A stretch of 64,000 nt of DNA from Psammoneis japonica. Its lineage: Eukaryota. The notes under the pieces are model-generated. The model ran no database searches. It was not told where the DNA came from and worked only from the letters and a program-made list of their open reading frames with translations. The stretch is taken from contig QPGO01000078.1 in the NCBI GenBank assembly GCA_008632985.1, positions 62,001 through 126,000 on the forward strand, in the 5' to 3' direction. Positions 35,731 through 48,358 of the stretch are shown here, in pieces. The position numbers and the translations under genes were made by a program. Position 1 is the stretch's first letter. Each line of letters starts with the position of its first letter.

Positions 35731-37142
35731 CAAAGACAGCACCACAGTGAGCAATGGCTGCAGAATGCCTGTGGCTGCAAGGAGTCAAGTGTGGCTTGTC
35801 ATTTGGTCTTGGTGCATGCAAACACCTGGGTGTCACACCTGCACTTCATTTTGCAGCAGCTCTGTTTGACATTGCCAGCACACTTTTGATGTGACATGAT
35901 GCCATGCCATTGCTCTGCGTTAAAGAATGTGCACAAAAGATGCAGCTGTCACACACATGCAGGTGTTGCACCCAGGTTTTTCATTTTGGTGTCTGTCAAA
36001 GAGATTTTGATCTTTGTCACAGCAAAAGCCCACACATGAGGACCAAAATGACTGCGACCAACTGTGTTGACATCATTGTGGATTCAAAGGATGCTTGTGT
36101 CATTTGTCAACGGCTGCAAAAAAGCAATTTCTTGCTCAAATGCACAATTTCTTCATTCAAAAAATGCCGGGTGTGGCACCCAGGTGTTTGGCACAAAGAA
36201 GAAATCCTTGTGTGACAGTGTTGTGGGTCTGTCATGCTCCCAGGCACTGACAAATTTCTCACACATGAAATTTGACACCAAGGTCCACACGTGGGCCTGT
36301 GCATGTGGACCTTTGCACTGGCATCTGAACTCTTTTTCCCACCAGAGCACCGGCTTCAGTCATTCCAATGCTTGCATCATGTTGTCATTGATGTGTGAGA
36401 TTAGACGACATGTCAAAATGTTGTCCAGACAAAATTCGATGTGGCAAGTGCAATCCAGCTGCTTTTTTTGCTCTCACAGTGAAAGTGCAATGTTTTTGCA
36501 AAGTGGCTTGATTTGTGAAAAAGTGTTTTGAAATCTGGGAGGGAGTCAGACGTCAAAGGACATGAGAGAATTGGCGCAGAAATGTGCTGCACATGCGTGT
36601 CACACAGGTTTCCATGCAACACAAAATCGCTGCTGCACACAAACTTGTTTTGAAGTGTGGCCTTTGACTGGGCCATCTTGACAAGACTGCCATGCACAGA
36701 CTTCATGCTGTCACAAATGGAGTTGACAACTGTGGCTGCTGCCACCTCCAAGCATCCACAGCTGTTGTGCTTTTCCACCAAAGTCCTCCCCAACTTGTCA
36801 GTGCACTCGTTTGCCAGCACAACTGTGCCTGTGAAGAGAGCAACCTCTTCTTTCCCCTTGGCTTTGTGACAGCACCCAGCAAGTCCTTCTTGCAGTGGTC
36901 TCTGAGGCAGCACAGAGATTTGCGGTGGTCACTTTCTTATTTGGATCTAGCGGTTAAAGGCCGTTAACTTCAACGGAAAGCACAAGATCCGAAAAAATCT
37001 GTTAAGATCCAGATCCAAGATCTTCATATCCCATCTCCCATCCATCCCCATCCAGCTCAACAAAATGGAGAACAGAGAACAGCCGGCAAAACTCAACACC
37101 GAATCACTCAACATTCGAACACAATAAAGCGAAAACGGCACA

Positions 37143-39196
37143 ATGGGAAACTGCGGCGCAAAGCAGGATACAACGGTGGTCAAGAGTGCTGCACCTACTA
37201 CTAGCGGTAGCGGCACCAAAAAGAAGAGTGTTGCTACCAGTGCCCCAAAGAAAAAGCCGGTCCAGAAAAAAACCTCCAATCTTCTTGAGAATCTCATTGC
37301 GGAGAAGCACTCTGACTTCAACGAAATTTACGAAGTGGTTGAGCGTGTTGGTGAAGGCTCCATTTCCAACATTTCAACAATTCGGAGAAAAGATACAGGC
37401 GATACTGGTGTGCTTTATGCTCTCAAGGAAATCGATTACGAGTTGGTCAAGCCAGAATTTCTGGAGGAAATGCACAATGAAATCGCGCTCATGAAAACGC
37501 TGGACCATCCCAACATTATCAAGGCATATGAAACGTATGATGTTCCGCCCAAAATATTGGCCATTGTGATGGAATTATGCACAGGTGGCGACCTCAATGC
37601 CAGAGGACCGTGAGTCATGTTTTCTTCCGTGTTACAGCCACGATTTGTGGTCGGTTGACTCAAGGATTTAACGTTATTATTGTTTGCTCTTGCTCTCTTG
37701 AAATCGCAGATACACAGAGCTTGAAGTGGCGAAGATTATTGGAAAACTTGTGGCTGCCGTTAACTATCTTCACAAGAACAAAATCATTCACAGAGGTGAG
37801 CCAACCAACGATATTGTCGTTACATGTTAGTGTAGGAAATCCATACCTCACAAAGCATCTCTTCTTGAAAAGATATAAAGTTTGAAAACATCATGTTTGA
37901 AAATGAGACTCCAGAAGCAGAAGTCAAGCTGATTGATTTTGGACTTAGCACTAGGTACACTGGAGAGTCGAACTTGACGGACCGAGTAGGAACTGTTTAT
38001 ACAATGTCTGTGAGTGTTTGACGCGTGCGACGACAAGTGCGGCAGCTGTTCTTTCCCTGTAATCTCATTCTCGTGCTCTTTATCCTTTGTAAGCCGCAAG
38101 TCATGAAGGGCGACTACACAGAGGCTGCCGACTTGTGGAGTATTGGAGTTGTTTGCTACCAACTCCTTGCCGGGGAACCGCCATTCTGGGCAAACTCAAG
38201 GTGAGTTGGTCGATGTACCAAAGCTGCCACCGTTTCTTGGTGACTCACGTGGCTGATTTGATGTAATTTTTGTTTGTAGAAAAGAAATTATTCAAAAAGT
38301 GCGAAAGGCGGAGTACAATTTCAATGCTACAATCTGGAAATTTGTGAGTAAGGAGGCCAAAGATTTCATCCGACACTTGATCGAGGTGGATCCTGTCAAA
38401 CGATGGACCGCCGCGCAAGCGTTAAAATCCAAGTGGCTCAAGAAGCACCAAGAGGTCGTTCACACAAAGACGGATGCTGAGTTAGCAGAAAAGATGAAAC
38501 TGACAATGGATGACTATGCGAAAAGCACTGACGTTAAGAAACTTGCATTGCACATGATCGCAAGAAAGTCCACGACTGATGAAATCTTTCAACTCCGAGC
38601 GGCGTTTGACGAATTTGATGTTAATGATGATGGCATAATCACGTACAAGGAGTTTCAGACTGCGTTGACCGCGCTTGGCTTTGAGAAATCGGATGTTGAC
38701 AAGATGTTTCGCAGTGTCGTGAGTTTATGTTTGTTATCAGATTGTCAAATCATTTTCCGAGTTTGCTTTGCTCATGTTTTGTCTCGTTCTCGAATCGTGT
38801 CAATAGGACGTTGACGGGAGCGGAGAGATCAACTACACCGAATTCCTTGCATCTACTTTGGAGGCTCACGGTCGTGTGACAGAACAGGTACGTCCCTGTA
38901 CAACATGCAATGTCCGTGTGTGCTTGCCTTTATTTACAATATTCTCTCCTTGACTTGCTCATCCCGCACAGCGTATAGCCGAGGCTTTCGAGCAGTTTGA
39001 TGCTGACGGCAGTGGGTTGATTTCCAGAGATGAGGTGGCAAAGATTCTAGGCAAAGACAGCAGTGACGAGTATATTGAGAAGTTAATGGCAGAGGCAGAT
39101 TTAAATGGCGACGGGCAAATTAGCTATGAGGAGTTTCGTCACGCTTTCCAGGGAAAGACGACGGCGGACGTGGAAAGAATGAAAGCTGGAGGATGA
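37143..39196 (+). CDS. Calcium-dependent protein kinase (kinase + four EF-hands), multi-exon, N-myristoylation/palmitoylation-type start MGNCG
   Basis: VGEGS, YALK, IIHR/DIKFEN across intron 37796-37872, IDFGLS, DLWSIGV; EF-hands DVNDDG, DVDGSG, DADGSG, DLNGDG; GT-AG introns e.g. 37610-37709. Confidence 0.93.
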
Positions 39197-39315
39197 GCGC
39201 CCCCTTACAAGTTGTTCTGACTTGGTTCCATGCTTTATTTTATGCATTAGAGACAGACCCATATAAGATACTGGTTGTCTTCTTGTTCTCAAGAAAATTC
39301 GATTTTTGAAAGGGC

Positions 39316-40080
39316 TCAAACTGCAATGATTTGATTCCAAGATATAAGCATTGGTACAACTAGAAGAGGTGCCATTACCATGGGCCAGCGAAAGACTATT
39401 TCATGGGGTACCGATGGATTGTAGAGCTTTGTAGGGGGCATGCCACTCTGGTGGGTGAAAAGTCCAATGGGTACGATGATGGTAAAGCCAACCATGTTCC
39501 ACAAAGCAAGGGCTCTGGATGGTAATTCAATACCCATGACTGCAAAAACCAACGCAGATAAGCCAAACAAACCATCAGGGAGAGCTGTAAACAAAGCAAA
39601 CGCAAACGGAAACACGCCTTCAAAATACTTCTGCACACTCTTGAACGCTAAGACTCGCATGGCCTGTAACAAAAACCACAAGCGCTGAGGATATGATTCG
39701 ACTAGACGAGCCATCGTGTCCCAGTTTACAAACGCGATTCCAAGTGTATATGCAACGGTAAACAACGGAAGCCAAAGTATCGGAGCGTGATTAATGATAG
39801 GCTCCTTCTGAAAGATGTGGCGCTGAGAACCAAAGTAAATCACAACAATCCCAAAAAGAAGATGACTTATAGGAATGAGAAGTAGTGCTTTCTCAACGTC
39901 TGAATTCAAAATTGAAATTGTCATAAAGAAGATTTGGACGAGCCACATCCAAAAGAGCGGCTTGCCTTGGAGGTTTAGCGGCCCCCTATCTGGTGCCGCT
40001 TTTGCTTTGCCGTTGCGGAGCAAAACAGGAAATCGATCCTGATCTTTAGCATTGTCACCATTTTGATGTCTCCGTCTCAT
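39316..40080 (-). CDS. Multi-pass membrane protein of unknown function
   Basis: 254-aa ATG-initiated ORF with several hydrophobic helices, in a TpA-normal island. Confidence 0.7.
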   Translation of the reverse strand: MRRRHQNGDNAKDQDRFPVLLRNGKAKAAPDRGPLNLQGKPLFWMWLVQIFFMTISILNSDVEKALLLIPISHLLFGIVVIYFGSQRHIFQKEPIINHAPILWLPLFTVAYTLGIAFVNWDTMARLVESYPQRLWFLLQAMRVLAFKSVQKYFEGVFPFAFALFTALPDGLFGLSALVFAVMGIELPSRALALWNMVGFTIIVPIGLFTHQSGMPPTKLYNPSVPHEIVFRWPMVMAPLLVVPMLISWNQIIAV

Positions 40081-41856
40081 GATGTATTCTATACTCTTTT
40101 GAAATTATGCTTTGTGTGTTTGTGTTTAGAAGTAACTTCCTCGAAGCTAATAGAACAACAACGTAGGAAATGTACTGGTCTCCACCTGCGCGTTGCGCGT
40201 GGAGCCAACCCGCCCTGCGGTTCTTTCCTCCATCTGCGAATGTCCCTCATTGTGGTGGTCAAGTCATGGCCAAATCTCTCGCAGCAGCTAGCATCAACAC
40301 CACATCAGTCAATGACTCGACCACTTTTGCCATCATGGCCAGGGTGGACAAAGTGTTGAGCTGCTGGTGTTTGCCATCTTTAATCTTGTGGCAAGAGTCA
40401 GTGAACAAAACATTCCCAAGCACTGCGCTTTGTCCGCAGCACTGGAGCCAGCCTCTGCACGCCAACAAGGCAGCCCAACATGAACCTGGCTTGCTCTCCT
40501 TCTTGACAAGCAAATGGTGAAGCAGCTTTAACATGGTGGCTGCAAAGCACCAGGCTCTGTCCCAGCCCCACATCATCACATGAGTGCCACATGGCGGGCT
40601 CCTCAAAAGCACTCAGGGGGTCGCCCTCATTCCTGTGAGTGCAAGATTTAAAAGAGCTCTGCATTTGGAAGTCTCAGGGAAGAGAGAGAGAGAGAGAGAG
40701 ACAGATGTGCAGAGAGCACACAGACCAACAAGAACAATTGCTGGCATCTGCTGCTGGCAGCAAAAACAGCGAGACGGCAGAGGAGCGCCGCACTTGGGGG
40801 GTGAATTGAGCTGAGCCAAAAGCAAGCAGACTGCACCAGTGTGTTTGCAGTCATTTCCCCTCTAACCATCCATCTCCCAGCTCCAGCTGCCATGGTCAAT
40901 GCAACAAACAGCACAATCAAATTTTGCAGTGTTTTGAAAATGAGTGATGGCATGCCGTTTTTGTGGCATGTGTGTTGACTCGTGACCAAAAACCCTCATT
41001 TTGTCCCATGGTTTGAGTGAAAACACAGGTTGGTGACATTTTTGCAGAACAGGCACAACTGGTCAGGATGTTTTTTTGCAAGGCCAAACTGCAACCAAAC
41101 TTCACCACCACCCAAAAAAGACTCCGCTTGTGCTGTCGAAAGCTTCCATTGAGCTGCATGAAATGGCAGCCGCCGGTTCACCCACGCCTGCAAGACATGC
41201 CCTTGAAGCTGGTGTTTGATGTGCACTCCATCCATGAGGGCAGAGCTTCTCTGCCAGTGCTTGTCAACACTTGCAACAAGAGCTCCTTCAGCATTGGCAG
41301 CACGGCAGCAGTTGTCAAGGCTCTGGCAAGACTGTCATTCGAACATGACGTGATGGCAAGTGAGCAGTCAGAGGCACTTGAATGGGTGGAATGTTTGATC
41401 AAGAGGAGTGCAACATCTGGGACACCAATGATCCAGGTGTCGCACTAGCCATCAAGATTTCTTGAAATGAAACCCGACATTTTCTCCCTCCAATCCAAGA
41501 TTGTGCTGATTTGTCAAGTCAGCTTTTCTGAAATGTTCAACAACAAACATCCATGTTCCTCAATTTGACCATTTGCCCCCCCATCCGACAAGCCTCACGT
41601 GCACATTTAATGCCATTTTAATTTCTGGTTTGTGTGTTAATCAACTTTCTGGATCAAAATTGCCACCTGCATCCGTCAGTCTAGATTCTAATTGTTTTCT
41701 CAATTTTCTCTCCCTGCCCATTCCATCCTTCCTTCCCGTCCATCCGCACGTTGCATCTCTGTGTTTCTACCCTCACCACATCCCCAAGTGATTGTTGCTG
41801 CACCCACTGTTTCCTTTCGATTCTCTTCTCAACTCCTTCGTCCATGTACATCGGCC

Positions 41857-42873
41857 ATGTCATCTGATGGTCTTGTTTGTCCATGGTGCAAACGAACCGG
41901 TCTCTTTTCCGAACGTGGCCTCAGCAGGCACATCGCAACCAACTGCCTCCGTTCCGCTGTTTCCACCAAGTCTTTTAGTTGTCCTCATTGTGGACAACGT
42001 GGATTTGACTCTGAAAACAACATGCAGCATCACCTGTCTCGGCACTGCACCGCAGCATCTGGTCTCCATCCCCCATTGACACAGTTGCGCCGCACAACCC
42101 AATTGTCTTCTTCATCCGGCGGAACATCTCTTTCCTCTCATCCTCTGGATTCTGCCTCCGTTGGCTCCCTTGGATCCAACACCAACAAACCCAAATGTCC
42201 CCATTGCCGTGTTCCCTTTTCCAACATCACCCTTCATCTACAGAAGTGCTCACCCTGCCATGAAAAGGAGGAAATGTCCCTTCGCCCACATGCCGCATCT
42301 TCTGCTGCTGCCCGTGCACTTTCCCCTCCAGACGACGACCATGATGGATCACTGGATGACCATGATGATCCTGCTGGGTTTGGTTTCTCTGACAACGAAC
42401 CCCCTCCTCCCCTCCCCGAAGTCCTTTGGAGTCCAGCTCCATCTCCTCCCACACCAATGGACAATTCTTCTCCAGCTTGTCCTCCCTCTGCTGGAAGTGG
42501 ACTGCGCCCACCCTCCGTCAGACGCTCTGGTCGATTGCGTTCAGCCGCCAATGCTGCTGCCGCCAGTGCAGCCTCCCAAAATGTCTGCCGATTTGTTTTG
42601 TTTGCAGATGATGGTGTGTCCGCCCTTGGAGAGGACAGTCCTGTGGATGTTCCTGAGTTCATTGGAGCCGACCGTCGTGATGGCAGCTGTGGCCCCCCCT
42701 CAATTTCCCGTCCGACAGAAGATCCTGTTTCCTCCCTTGATCAATGCAACCCTCTTGGCCCGCCGCGTGATGTCGCACCCGATGAGGATTTCGATGCACC
42801 TCCAGTCTGCTCACCCAGCATTGCACCCATGGTGTTTGCCACATTTGTGTCATCGGTCAGGTGTTGCAATTGA
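41857..42873 (+). pseudogene. Triple CxxC..H..C zinc-finger protein with Pro/Ser-rich tail, probably transposon-borne, hypermutated
   Basis: CPWC..RH...C, CPHC..HH...C, CPHC..LH...C; no Tyr in the ORF. Confidence 0.55.
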
Positions 42874-43026
42874 CTTTGTCAACAAAGCAATGAGAATTTT
42901 GCATGAAGAGCATGCAGAAAAAAGACTGGATTTGTCAAAGCCACCCATCACTGCTGCCGTGGCGGCAGTGATGGTTTTGTCGGTGAGTTCGCCATTGACA
43001 AAAAGGAAAAGGCGGAAGGCATTGGG

Positions 43027-43476
43027 TTGGCAGAAAAAATGTTGGAGTCAATTCCTGGCTTTCCCCTGGCAGGTGATTTAAGCAGAAAGACATCCCGGCA
43101 CACAGCAGCAAATGCTCCTGCTTCAAGTTCAAGATCTAACTTCTGGTCAAACGGGGAAATTCATCGCGATTACGTGGAAACAAAATCATCACCTGGCAAC
43201 AAAATTTTCACCATGTTTCTGTTCCTCGATGACACAACGGAGCACAATGGTGCAGTGGAGATGTGGCCGGATGGTTGTGAGGCAACATTGAATGAGAAGG
43301 AACGCGAAAGACACTTGGTTGGGTTGGGTTTGGAAAAGCAATTGCTGGTTGGAGAAGCAGGCACTGCATTTGTTTTTGATGCAAGAATGTTGCACCGAGC
43401 TTTGCCTGACAAAACAAATTCGGATCGAAGGAACATGGCATGTCCAGTCCACAATTTTGACATGGCAAGCATGTGA
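43027..43476 (+). pseudogene. PhyH-like 2-oxoglutarate/Fe(II) dioxygenase domain
   Basis: IHRD, TMFLFLDDTTEHNGAVEMWP, GEAGTAFVFDARMLHRA, DRR: HxD...H triad with PhyH-type spacing. Confidence 0.7.
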
Positions 43477-45157
43477 ACAAAGTGAGTGTGTGAACAAGCA
43501 TGTGTTGGAACACAAAACTGGCGAAGCAGCAAGTTAACACAGGTGCAAAGTGGGTTTGTGTGAAGGGCCAATTAACAATGCATTGCTTGCACAGACGACA
43601 GTTGCACCACAAACAAAGTGGAGTTGCAAAGTTGCCCACTTTTGGCAGGCTTGAATTTACGTTTGATGTCAGACCCTGGGTCGTTCCCAGTGGAATGCCC
43701 AGTCTCCATGGCATCGTCTCTTTTCTTGGTGTGCTTGTGAAGCAGGTGCCTGTCGACACCGCCTCCCCACGACAGATTGTCTGGATGGGCAGGAACAAAG
43801 AATGCTTCATGCCTCCATTTGTGTGTGTGAACACAAAACATCACGTCCAGTGAAACAACAACAGCACCTTCAGGACACTCGTTGGACAGCATCTCCTCAA
43901 GTTGATTCTGTGTCACGTTGTTGTCAAAAAGCATTTGCCCGTTGCAGTTGTTGAAGAAAATCTTTAAGTTGTTCAGATGGTGCAACCGACACACAGCATC
44001 GTCTTCGGAGAGGAAGTCCTGATTGATCAGGGTCGGAAAGCGACTGGCATTGTTGTGCCATGTGGCATTGCACCAAGATCATGACGGGGATGGTGGAACT
44101 TGATGCTGCAGGCATTGCAGGCAGGAACAAGCAGATGACAGGCAATCGCAAAACCGCCAACACCACCACCAACGTCGAGGAAATTAAAACGGCTTTGAAT
44201 TTGTGCCGCAAAGAGAGTGGGGTTACAAACAACCTCGGCGGAGAAGGCAAAGCTTGCCGCACCACCGTGTGATTCCACACCACCACCAGCAAAACGACCA
44301 GTTTGATCATCAATTGGCAGCATGTGATTGCAACAGAGGGAACACGCGTTCCCACAATGGGAACGACTCACAACAACCATGTCTCAGTGACAATGACACA
44401 CTTCAGTGGACATTAAAGTGGATTGGAAAATTTGGGCAACAGAGAGAGCAGTTGGACAAATGTGGTGTCGGGGAAGCAGAGGGAATGACCTGTTAAGACA
44501 GGGACAACAAACAGGAGGTTTGACATGACTTGACACACCAAATGAAGCAGATGTTGCATCCAGAAGGAAGCGCAATGCATGCGTTAACACAAGGAGATGT
44601 GACACATTGTTTGGCATTGATTTGAATGACATGGCAATCTTCATTGGTGCATTGGATTGGCCAACAAAGGTGCACAATTCAAAACAGTGAAATGTTGATA
44701 GAAGTGCAAACATGGGGTTGGGAATGAGCACTCAAAAATGACACAAAGACCTGTTTGAATCGAGAGAGGACACGCGAGCAACGACAAAACCGAGAAAATC
44801 ACATGCAAAAGTGCGTTCTTTTTGCAACTTGCCTTTCATAAAGCGACAGGAAAGGACGGAAGTTCCAAGTGAGAGGAAGCCACAGGGAAGGTAAAAAAAT
44901 GGAGGATGCAGTTCTCACAGGAGCAACGGAGGGAGGAAGTGTCACTTCCAGCGGCAAGTGAGATTGAGAAAGGACATGACAAAGAGTTGCTGATGAACTG
45001 ACACAATCATTGGATTGATCTGTGTGGTGTCACATGAAGTCACCATGAGTCCTGCGGTGGTGGCCTTGTTGCATGCACAAAGAAACGAACATGGGGAATT
45101 GAACAGATTCCAGCATGCAGGTGGTGATTCAAGTTCGGTGGTGACTCCCACAGAGGG

Positions 45158-46190
45158 ATGTCTTGTGTTGGATCGTGCACCAGTGGGGTGGGCGAGAAAT
45201 TGACAGCATCGATGTTGACTGATGTTGTCAATGAGAGTGTTTGGCCATGTCGCAAGTTCACAATCTTTGATCATGAACTCGCCGTGGGAGGAGATTGCAT
45301 GAAATTGGTTCTGCAGGAGTTGAGGAGCATGGCGTCTTCACCGGAGAAGTTCTGGGAAGAACACAAAGAGGTGTTCAGGACCAAACTCAACCAAAAGAGG
45401 AACAATGTGCAGGACAACATTGGGAGGAGAATGACAGGCAAGCAGATGTGTGCGTGCCGGTGATTGTGTTGGAGGCAATTGTCCAACGGGATGAGTGTCT
45501 CTTCCTTTGCTGTCATCTGTGCAGTTGCTGCTTTAGAGGGATCGCTGGTGGCTTACGAAGACTTGACAAAGGGAAGAAATGACAAGGACACACACGCGTG
45601 GTTCTTGGAAACTGTGGTGCCGACGGTGGTGGGACAAGTGCAGTTTGGCAGAAGCACAACTGACATGCTTCAGGAATGGCTTTTGGTTTCGTCGGAGGCG
45701 CTTGCTCTGCCAGTGCACTTAAACTGCTGCAACAAGGTGAAGGACATGGCAGAGAAATTGGAAAAGGAAGAAAATGTTGCAAGGAGAAGAAAGCCAACTG
45801 TGAAAGATGCTGCTCCTGCAAAGCACACAGTGCAGGCGGCAGGGGAATCGGCAAAGAGGAACCAAGGATGGAGCAAGGAGGGGATCAAGAAGTGCAATGA
45901 TCTGTGTCAGTGGGTGGTGAAAGACAGAAAGAACAACCAGGGATTCGGTGCATGGCTCAAGGAGAGAAGGCGAGAGAAGACAAACTTGTCTCAGGAGGAA
46001 AACAAGAAATGCAAAAGAGAGGAAAAAAGAAAGGAGAGAGAGGAAGGATGGGCGGCGCCAATGGGAGAGGACCCACCATTGCAGGTGGTGGCTGCAGGCA
46101 ACGGAGCGGTGGCAAATGCCGCAATGGCCACAATGCCGCAATGGCCGCCAACCAAACTGGTGTGTGAACGTAATTTGAAACAAACAATAA
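45158..46190 (+). pseudogene. Hypermutated transposon-associated hypothetical gene with putative intron 45438-45536
   Basis: VSSEALAL...N, AKHT, GWSKEGIKKCNDLCQWVVKDR resembles a motif I recall from repeat-associated hypothetical proteins (GWS.EG...YN.L...V..DR); frames join across the intron. Confidence 0.5.
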
Positions 46191-46553
46191 AATCTGGACA
46201 AGTGAAAATTAAAAAAAAACATTCTGCGATGCGGTTTGGATACAATGACGTGTGGCAATTGGGAATTTGGATTTGAAAACGGCACAGCAAAGAGATGAAA
46301 TGCAGGACGAGTTGGCAGAAAAGGAGGGTGGATTGCAAGCAGCAACATTTGTGTTAAAAGAACGAGAAACCCCAAATGCCAATTGGGGTGTAGGTCTGCA
46401 TTATGTGAAAGGAATGATCGTGCTTAAAAGTGAGAAGCGATTTAGGTTTCAGAAGCTTATAAACTTACACAGTTCTCACATAATGTTTAAGGAGAGAATT
46501 GGCTTATAAGTTGAGACAATAATCTGGCATTAAAGTCAAGAAATACCCAGATT

Positions 46554-47230
46554 ATGGCAGACGGTCAGACCCAGATTATTGGCGTCCCAGATGAAACAAC
46601 ACATGCCACAATGCAGCCGAATCCTTGGAGACGTTATCCTGTGGTTCAATTCCGAAAGTTCCACTGTCAGAATCCCCAGGACCACTGTTGCCCACTCCAC
46701 AGTGCGGACGCATCGAAGGCTCTTGTTTTTGGAAAACCACAGTGATGTCAAGTTTGTCTTGTCCAACAGGACTGCTGCACATGCTCACCGCTCACCAGAA
46801 TGTGTTGGGCACCGTGTTGGACTGCTTTGCTTGCTGCTTTGAAGGACATTTTGGTGTGAACAACAAGAAGAAGGCTTTGTCTTTCAAACGCCTCATTCCA
46901 AGTCCACTTTGGAGATGGCACCTACACGGGAGACTTCGATGCATCCAAAATCGAAGACAACCCTGGTGAAATGCTGTCTGCCATCCAAAAGCATGAATTG
47001 CTGGAGCTCCATCACTTGACAGAGCAAATTTGCATCCAGAATCTCTCCATGGCCTTGGTTAAGAGTCTTCTGCAAAAATGTCGGACTTGTACGAAGCCAT
47101 GGCATTGAAACCAGCCTGCTTTGACTTTATTCGCAAGAATCCCAAGGCTCTTGTGAACAAGTCCATCACCGCTCTAGAAGATGAGCAACCTCACCTCTGG
47201 ACGCAGCTTGTAGCGGCCTTGGGCGCCTAA
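46554..47230 (+). pseudogene. Frameshifted BTB/POZ-domain gene
   Basis: HSDVKFVL, AHQNVL...DCF.CCFEG, KHELLEL...EQICIQNL, ALKPACFDFIRKN..LWTQLVAALGA* spread over several frames. Confidence 0.6.
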
Positions 47231-47473
47231 CCAAGAGATTTTCATTTTATGCAAGTACATGTGTTTGTCTACAAGAAAAGTCTAGAGGAATGGCGGTATC
47301 TAACTTACATAAGGAATTATAAAAGCAAGATCGACAGCACGGGCGGTATCTTTTTCTTGAGTGGTGAAGTCTTGGTTGTAGTGGCTTTGCGAAAAAACAT
47401 CCGCTGGGACAAAAAGTGTGTACTCAACTTGTTTTCATTCAGTGCACGAATCGACCATACCGGTACTCTTCTT

Positions 47474-48358
47474 TTAATGATAGTCATAATCATAGTGGTA
47501 GTCTTCGTAGTAGCCGCCGTAGCCGCCGTCCTTGTAACCATGCCCATAACCAGAACCACCCTTCTTGCCACCTGAGCCACCTTTGCCACCCTTCTTGCCC
47601 GACGAACCCTTTCCATTGTATCCATCATCATAACCATAATCAGAGTAGTCGTACCCTTTACCCTTGGCGTAACCATAATCAGAGTAGTCGTACCCTTTAC
47701 CCTTGGCGTACTCGTACCCCTTACCTTCGGCATATTCGTATCCCTTTCCTCCGTAACCTTTTCCCTTGGCGTACTCGTATCCTTTTCCTTCGTAATAACC
47801 TTTGTCTTCATATCCTTTACCCTTGGCGTACTCGTATCCTTTTCCTTCGTAATAGCCTTTGCCTTCATATCCTTTACCCTTTGCGTACTCGTATCCTTTT
47901 CCTTCGTATCCTTTGCCTTCATATCCTTTTCCCTTGGCGTACTCGTATCCTTTTCCTTCGTAATAACCTTCGTCTTCATATCCTTTGCCCTTGGCGTACT
48001 CGTATCCTTTCCCTCCATAGCCTTTGCCTTCATATCCTTTTCCCTTGGCGTACTCGTATCCTTTTCCTTCATAACCTTTGCCCTTGGCATACTCGTAACC
48101 CTTGCCTTCGTAACCTTTGCCCTTGGCATACTCGTAGCCCTTGCCTTTTCTGTCGTAATAACCTTCATCATAACCACCGTAATCGTAATAGTCCTTAGCA
48201 CTAGAGCTGGACCCTTTCTTTCCTCTTAGGGAACGCGGGTCTTGTTTGGGTTCTTCAATTGTGGCTGACTCTGTTACTTTTGCATCGTCCGAGGCCACGC
48301 AGGCTGTGATGCTGGCTACAATAACAGCAGCTTGAGCGAATGTTGAAACAATCTTCAT
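47474..48358 (-). CDS. Secreted Gly/Tyr/Lys/Glu-rich repeat protein, cingulin/silaffin-like (putative biosilica-associated)
   Basis: Signal peptide MKIVSTFAQAAVIVASITACVAS, RSL (RXL) site, many GKGYEYAKGKGYE repeats, KKGGKGG and YDY tail. Confidence 0.8.
   Translation of the reverse strand: MKIVSTFAQAAVIVASITACVASDDAKVTESATIEEPKQDPRSLRGKKGSSSSAKDYYDYGGYDEGYYDRKGKGYEYAKGKGYEGKGYEYAKGKGYEGKGYEYAKGKGYEGKGYGGKGYEYAKGKGYEDEGYYEGKGYEYAKGKGYEGKGYEGKGYEYAKGKGYEGKGYYEGKGYEYAKGKGYEDKGYYEGKGYEYAKGKGYGGKGYEYAEGKGYEYAKGKGYDYSDYGYAKGKGYDYSDYGYDDGYNGKGSSGKKGGKGGSGGKKGGSGYGHGYKDGGYGGYYEDYHYDYDYH

Noticed and set aside
47317..48201. 294-aa and 260-aa repetitive ORFs
   Set aside because: Alternative-frame and antisense shadows of the GKGY-repeat gene, which has the signal peptide and RXL site.
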